This document shows positions 59,932-64,000 of a stretch of 64,000 bases of DNA, in pieces. The notes beneath the pieces were generated by a model. It made no database searches and was not told the origin of the DNA. It was given only the letters and a program-made list of their open reading frames with translations. Numbering within the stretch: position 1 is the stretch's first letter; each line of letters begins with the position of its first letter. Origin of the DNA: Candidatus Cloacimonadales bacterium (GTDB taxonomy: Bacteria; Cloacimonadota; Cloacimonadia; Cloacimonadales; JAIOQZ01). The stretch lies in NCBI GenBank assembly GCA_963665815.1, contig OY762463.1, positions 3,328,001-3,392,000 of the forward strand, written 5' to 3'. A program made the translations under genes and the position numbers.

Positions 59932-61026
59932 ATGAAAGATTTTGTACTACAGAGATATCCTTATAATCCCGAGGATCTATTTCAGGCTTGGAATGCAGCA
60001 GATGAATACATTGTTGATTATATAAAAGACAATAATATTGAAAGCAAAAGAGTATTAATTATTGAAGATGAATTTGGAGCTCTTGGCTGTGGTGTAAAAG
60101 CTGAAGTTAAGTATTTTGTTAATGATTCTATACTTTCATTAAGAGGAATAGAAATCAATAGAGAAGTGAATTTTGTTGAAGATAAAGCTGTGTATTTGTC
60201 TCCATTCGATGAATTTCCAAGAGATATTGACCTTGTTCTGATGAAGATACCCAAAGTGAATACTTACTTTGAATTTATTCTTGATAAGCTCAATTGTCTT
60301 GATCTGAATATTCCGATCATTGCCGGGGGCATGGATAAACATCTTAATCAGACTGTTTACAAGATATTCAATAATTATTGCAATAAAGTTACATTATCAA
60401 AAGGTTGGAGAAAATCCAGATTGATTTTTGGAGAAACAGGATCCTGTAGATATAAACGTAAATTTTTCCAGGAATATAATGCAGATGGAATGTTGCTCAG
60501 GAATTTCCCTAACACATTCAGTCAGGCAAGACTTGATCATGGAACTTCGTTACTGATGGAAAAGTTCAAATCGGAGTTGGATAATATTGTAAGAGTGCTT
60601 GATATTGGGTGTGGTAACGGAGTTCTGGGTTTGTTTCTCGGTAAGAAATATAATAAAGCAGAGCTGCTTTTTAATGATATATCATATTCGGCAATAGAAT
60701 CTGCGAAGTATAATGCTGAAGCAAATCAGGCTCTTGATAAATCATCGTTTTACATGTGTTATGCTGCTTCAGAAGTACCTTCAAACTATGTTGATATTGT
60801 AGTATGTAATCCACCTTTCCATGATAACCATAAGGTCAGTGTGCATGCCACAAATGATATGTTCAAAGAAATCAGACGAATTCTGAAATGCGACGGGGAA
60901 CTGCATATAGTATCTAACAGGCATCTGAATTACTATTACTCCCTTAAGAGAATTTTCGGTAATTGTACTACCTACAGTGCAGATAAAAGATTTGTTATAT
61001 GCAGGAGTGAGAAAAATTGCAGATAA
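59932..61026 (+). CDS. rlmG: RlmG-like rRNA guanine-N2 methyltransferase
   Basis: QAWNAADEY, DEFGAL, FSQARLDHGT, LDIGCGNG, CNPPFH and V.NRHL.Y. Confidence 0.8.
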   Translation: MKDFVLQRYPYNPEDLFQAWNAADEYIVDYIKDNNIESKRVLIIEDEFGALGCGVKAEVKYFVNDSILSLRGIEINREVNFVEDKAVYLSPFDEFPRDIDLVLMKIPKVNTYFEFILDKLNCLDLNIPIIAGGMDKHLNQTVYKIFNNYCNKVTLSKGWRKSRLIFGETGSCRYKRKFFQEYNADGMLLRNFPNTFSQARLDHGTSLLMEKFKSELDNIVRVLDIGCGNGVLGLFLGKKYNKAELLFNDISYSAIESAKYNAEANQALDKSSFYMCYAASEVPSNYVDIVVCNPPFHDNHKVSVHATNDMFKEIRRILKCDGELHIVSNRHLNYYYSLKRIFGNCTTYSADKRFVICRSEKNCR

Positions 61027-61058
61027 TCAACAGCTCAGTATTGTACAAATATCTTAGA

Positions 61059-63833
61059 TTACTTCATCAAAACCATTTTCACGGTTTTTGAGACACCGGT
61101 AGCAGAAAACTTACAGAAATAAACTCCTGAACTTACTTGTTTGCTTTGAATATCCAGTCCATTCCATTCGATTTTGTGGAAACCTGATTCCAGTCTTTTG
61201 TTAATCAAAGTTTTAACAACCTGCCCTTTAATGTTGTATATTGTAATATTTACATGCGAATCTTCCACAAGGTTAAAAGACAAGTGCGTAGAGGGATTGA
61301 ACGGGTTAGGATAGCAATTTATTGTTTTTATGAATTCTGCCGGAGAACAATCATTTTTATCATCAGCAGAACCGAAGTACTCATTTACTCCGATATCAAT
61401 AACATTTTTCGAATCTCTGTTCCCATCCCAGATTCTTATATTATTATCAATATCATAATAAGGGAAAGAATAATCATTAATAATATCTGTACCCTGATCT
61501 ATACAGGGAGATGTTCTAGATAAATCGAATTTAACATCAGTTTCATCAATGAAATCAGGATTATCCCAGATTACGGCTTCTTTATAAATATTGTTACTTG
61601 CAGTAATATATCCTGAAGCTGTTTTGTTAAGTAGACAGTTAATCAGAGATGTATTACAATTCTGATCAATAATCAATGGAGAAGAGAAAATTTCTGAATA
61701 AATGATAGAATTAACAAAATTAATATCAGATTTTATGGCATAAATTCTCTGGTCGATCAGATTAGAATTAATCACATTCATCTGACTGTTATTCAGTTTT
61801 ATATGATTGTCTGTTGATGTGTTATCTGTAAATATTGCATTATCTAATGTTATTGTTGAATTATCAGTTATCATAACTCCGGAGTAATCTGTTTGAGCTC
61901 CTATCTGTGTATTATTATATATTTTACAGAGTCTCATGGACAGATTAGAATCTTTCACATATACAACTGCTGATAATCGCTCGGTTCTGCCTTCTTCAAG
62001 AGTATAAACCGTGTTATTTCTTATTTCACAGTTTGTCATTTCTACAGAGGCATTTTTCCTGATGAATAGATTATTTTCTCCAATACTGAGAATATTAGAT
62101 ATATGGCAGTAATTAATGGTATTTTCTGAAGAACTTTCTCCTGTAAATCTGATTCCATCCCAGTAATCTTCAGAAGATGTAATTATAACCGGAGCAGTAT
62201 CAGTTCCTTCGATATTAAGAGTTCCGTACACAAACAACTCTGAATGAGGAGCCATAATAACGGTGGTACCAGCTTTAATATTAAGCTCGGCATTTGCTTT
62301 AATTGCCAGGTCACCAGATACATAAACAGTATCCGATTCCCACACTGTATTTTCTGAAATTGTTACTTCCGTAACAACACCATCAACACAATTTCCGGAA
62401 ACTTTGACGGAATCAGATGTGATTCCATTCAGATCAGTACAGATTGAGATATTACCTTTATATTCTCCTTCAGATAAAGGATTAAAATAAACATGAATCT
62501 CTGTGAATGTGTCCGGGGAAACAGCAATATCATTTAATATTGCTCTACGCTGAAATGATCCGTCTCCAAGGGTATAACCCTCTGGGGCGGAAATCTCAGA
62601 TATCAAAAGAGTATGATTTGTATTGTTGAACAATGAGAATGTCATTTCTGATTCACTATTGCTGATCCCCTGTACAGGGAAAGACAGCGAATCCGTGTTA
62701 GTAATAAAAGGAGGAAGGAAATCAGTGTTATTCAGATTCAATTTTGTAAAGATTTTACAATCTTTATCCCAGTTGTATAAGTACGTGTTATTGTCTATAT
62801 CAGTAACTGTATTATCTGCTGATAACTCACTTTTAAACAATTTGAATGAAGTTCTTTCATCGAAAATACTGAATTCTGAATTAGAATACCCTAAAATTTT
62901 GTTTACTCCACCAATATTAATTGTTGTATAATTATTATATGCCGCATCATTCAGCTCGAGGGAAACAGATTTTGTTTCCGGATTTATCAACAAACCTTTA
63001 TTATATCTGGAATGTGTGTTGAGAAGAATAGAGTTATCGAAAGTATACAAATCAGCATAATTCAGTTCTTCATCAGATTCGTAAATTATCGAAGTAGTAT
63101 TAAGAGATGCCGGGTCAACAGTATAAATTCTTGTGTTAATGTATTCAGTTTTACCGGTACTGCTGTTGGTGTTCTTTCTGATATTTAATCCGTAACAATT
63201 TCCGTATTCAGTGAAGAGAAGTTGATTTCCAAACAAGTTTGAATGATTGGAATATTGAAGTGTATTATCATTAAATTCAAGAACAAGTGTTTTACCTTGT
63301 GATACTGTAGTCCCATCTTTCTTTATCACATCAAAGATGTATGGTAAGTAGATCAGATTAGTATCTTCCCGGTAGATAATATTTTTGATACTGTAAAAAG
63401 TGGCATAGTCTTCGGGGGTGTTATCTGAATGAGTGTATGAGCTGACAAGATCAGATGTACTGAGATCATACAGATAAACAGAAAAAGTGTTGTGATGAGT
63501 AAGTTCCCCAACTTTGCACTCATCACGGACAACTGTTAAAAGATATAAGTTTCTTTCATAGCTGAAAACTCTGAACAACTGAACAGATTGATTGAGTTCT
63601 AAAAGAATGTTAGTAGAATCGTCGGTTAGTTCGGCAATGATATTGTTACCGGTATTGCTTATACCGTGCACAATAACAGTACTAGAGTTGTTTCCGGAAA
63701 CATCAAACATTTGAGCAGAACTGATTTCCCTAAAATCAAATAACTCAGTTTGCTCTAAAAGAGTCGAAATATCAATATTTCCCCAAAGACAAACAGCAAA
63801 AAGATACAAAAACAGTATCATACACTTTTTCAT
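61059..63833 (-). CDS. secreted protein with ASH-type Ig domain, parallel beta-helix and FlgD-Ig/T9SS-like CTD
   Basis: Signal peptide; 'VYFNP...G.Y.G'; 'L.I.AGTTV...GTL.IEGT..PVIITS..WDGI'; SPCIDQG..DIG..EY; CYPNPFNP CTD. Confidence 0.8.
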   Translation of the reverse strand: MKKCMILFLYLFAVCLWGNIDISTLLEQTELFDFREISSAQMFDVSGNNSSTVIVHGISNTGNNIIAELTDDSTNILLELNQSVQLFRVFSYERNLYLLTVVRDECKVGELTHHNTFSVYLYDLSTSDLVSSYTHSDNTPEDYATFYSIKNIIYREDTNLIYLPYIFDVIKKDGTTVSQGKTLVLEFNDNTLQYSNHSNLFGNQLLFTEYGNCYGLNIRKNTNSSTGKTEYINTRIYTVDPASLNTTSIIYESDEELNYADLYTFDNSILLNTHSRYNKGLLINPETKSVSLELNDAAYNNYTTINIGGVNKILGYSNSEFSIFDERTSFKLFKSELSADNTVTDIDNNTYLYNWDKDCKIFTKLNLNNTDFLPPFITNTDSLSFPVQGISNSESEMTFSLFNNTNHTLLISEISAPEGYTLGDGSFQRRAILNDIAVSPDTFTEIHVYFNPLSEGEYKGNISICTDLNGITSDSVKVSGNCVDGVVTEVTISENTVWESDTVYVSGDLAIKANAELNIKAGTTVIMAPHSELFVYGTLNIEGTDTAPVIITSSEDYWDGIRFTGESSSENTINYCHISNILSIGENNLFIRKNASVEMTNCEIRNNTVYTLEEGRTERLSAVVYVKDSNLSMRLCKIYNNTQIGAQTDYSGVMITDNSTITLDNAIFTDNTSTDNHIKLNNSQMNVINSNLIDQRIYAIKSDINFVNSIIYSEIFSSPLIIDQNCNTSLINCLLNKTASGYITASNNIYKEAVIWDNPDFIDETDVKFDLSRTSPCIDQGTDIINDYSFPYYDIDNNIRIWDGNRDSKNVIDIGVNEYFGSADDKNDCSPAEFIKTINCYPNPFNPSTHLSFNLVEDSHVNITIYNIKGQVVKTLINKRLESGFHKIEWNGLDIQSKQVSSGVYFCKFSATGVSKTVKMVLMK

Positions 63834-64000
63834 GATTCCCCCGTGTTTATACCCCTATAAACAGGATCATTATTTTTTTAAGTGAATTAATGCAAATATT
63901 ATTCCATATTTTAAAAATTTCAAACAAAAAGTATTTGAAGTAAGAAAAAAAAGCAACCCTTTTTTATTTTTTTTCCTTGAATCCTATAATAAAACATGTT

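Noticed and set aside
1-64000. Genome-wide TAG recoding, prompted by three in-frame TAGs
   Set aside because: Conserved genes (recR, ribE, nrdJ, lon) end at TAG exactly where their families end, so TAG is a normal stop.

Overview
AT-rich bacterial chromosome segment, most likely Cloacimonadota or a related FCB-group diderm anaerobe. This is inferred from four genes ending in the 'YPNPFNPxTxI...IYNxKGQxVxTL' FlgD-Ig/T9SS-like C-terminal domain (CTD). Layout: housekeeping block (tdh-acpS-kbl, rsmI, ybaB-recR, ribE); a FadL plus SGNH-lipase pair; and a 10 kb cell-surface locus. In that locus two large modular adhesin-like paralogues share a near-identical dockerin-like C-terminal module and flank a CTD-bearing protein with a cohesin-like N-terminus (candidate non-cellulosomal cohesin-dockerin display system). 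Next come cheR-HDOD-mltB and a flagellar operon with a sigma54-type promoter and atypical order (flgI-flgJ-flgN-flgK-csrA-flgL-fliW, no flgM). A 7 kb scar region (28.4-35.6 kb) holds gene fragments, REP-like palindromes, an IS256-like remnant, an orphan Rhs toxin-immunity pair carrying an in-frame structured insertion, and an amber-interrupted FG-GAP gene. The remainder is purN, aspS, nrdJ, lon, a lolC/E-like permease, purA, a lectin-PNGase F-like gene, a TetM-like GTPase, an rlmG-like methyltransferase and further secreted proteins. All assignments come from motif recognition by eye; no database searches were run.
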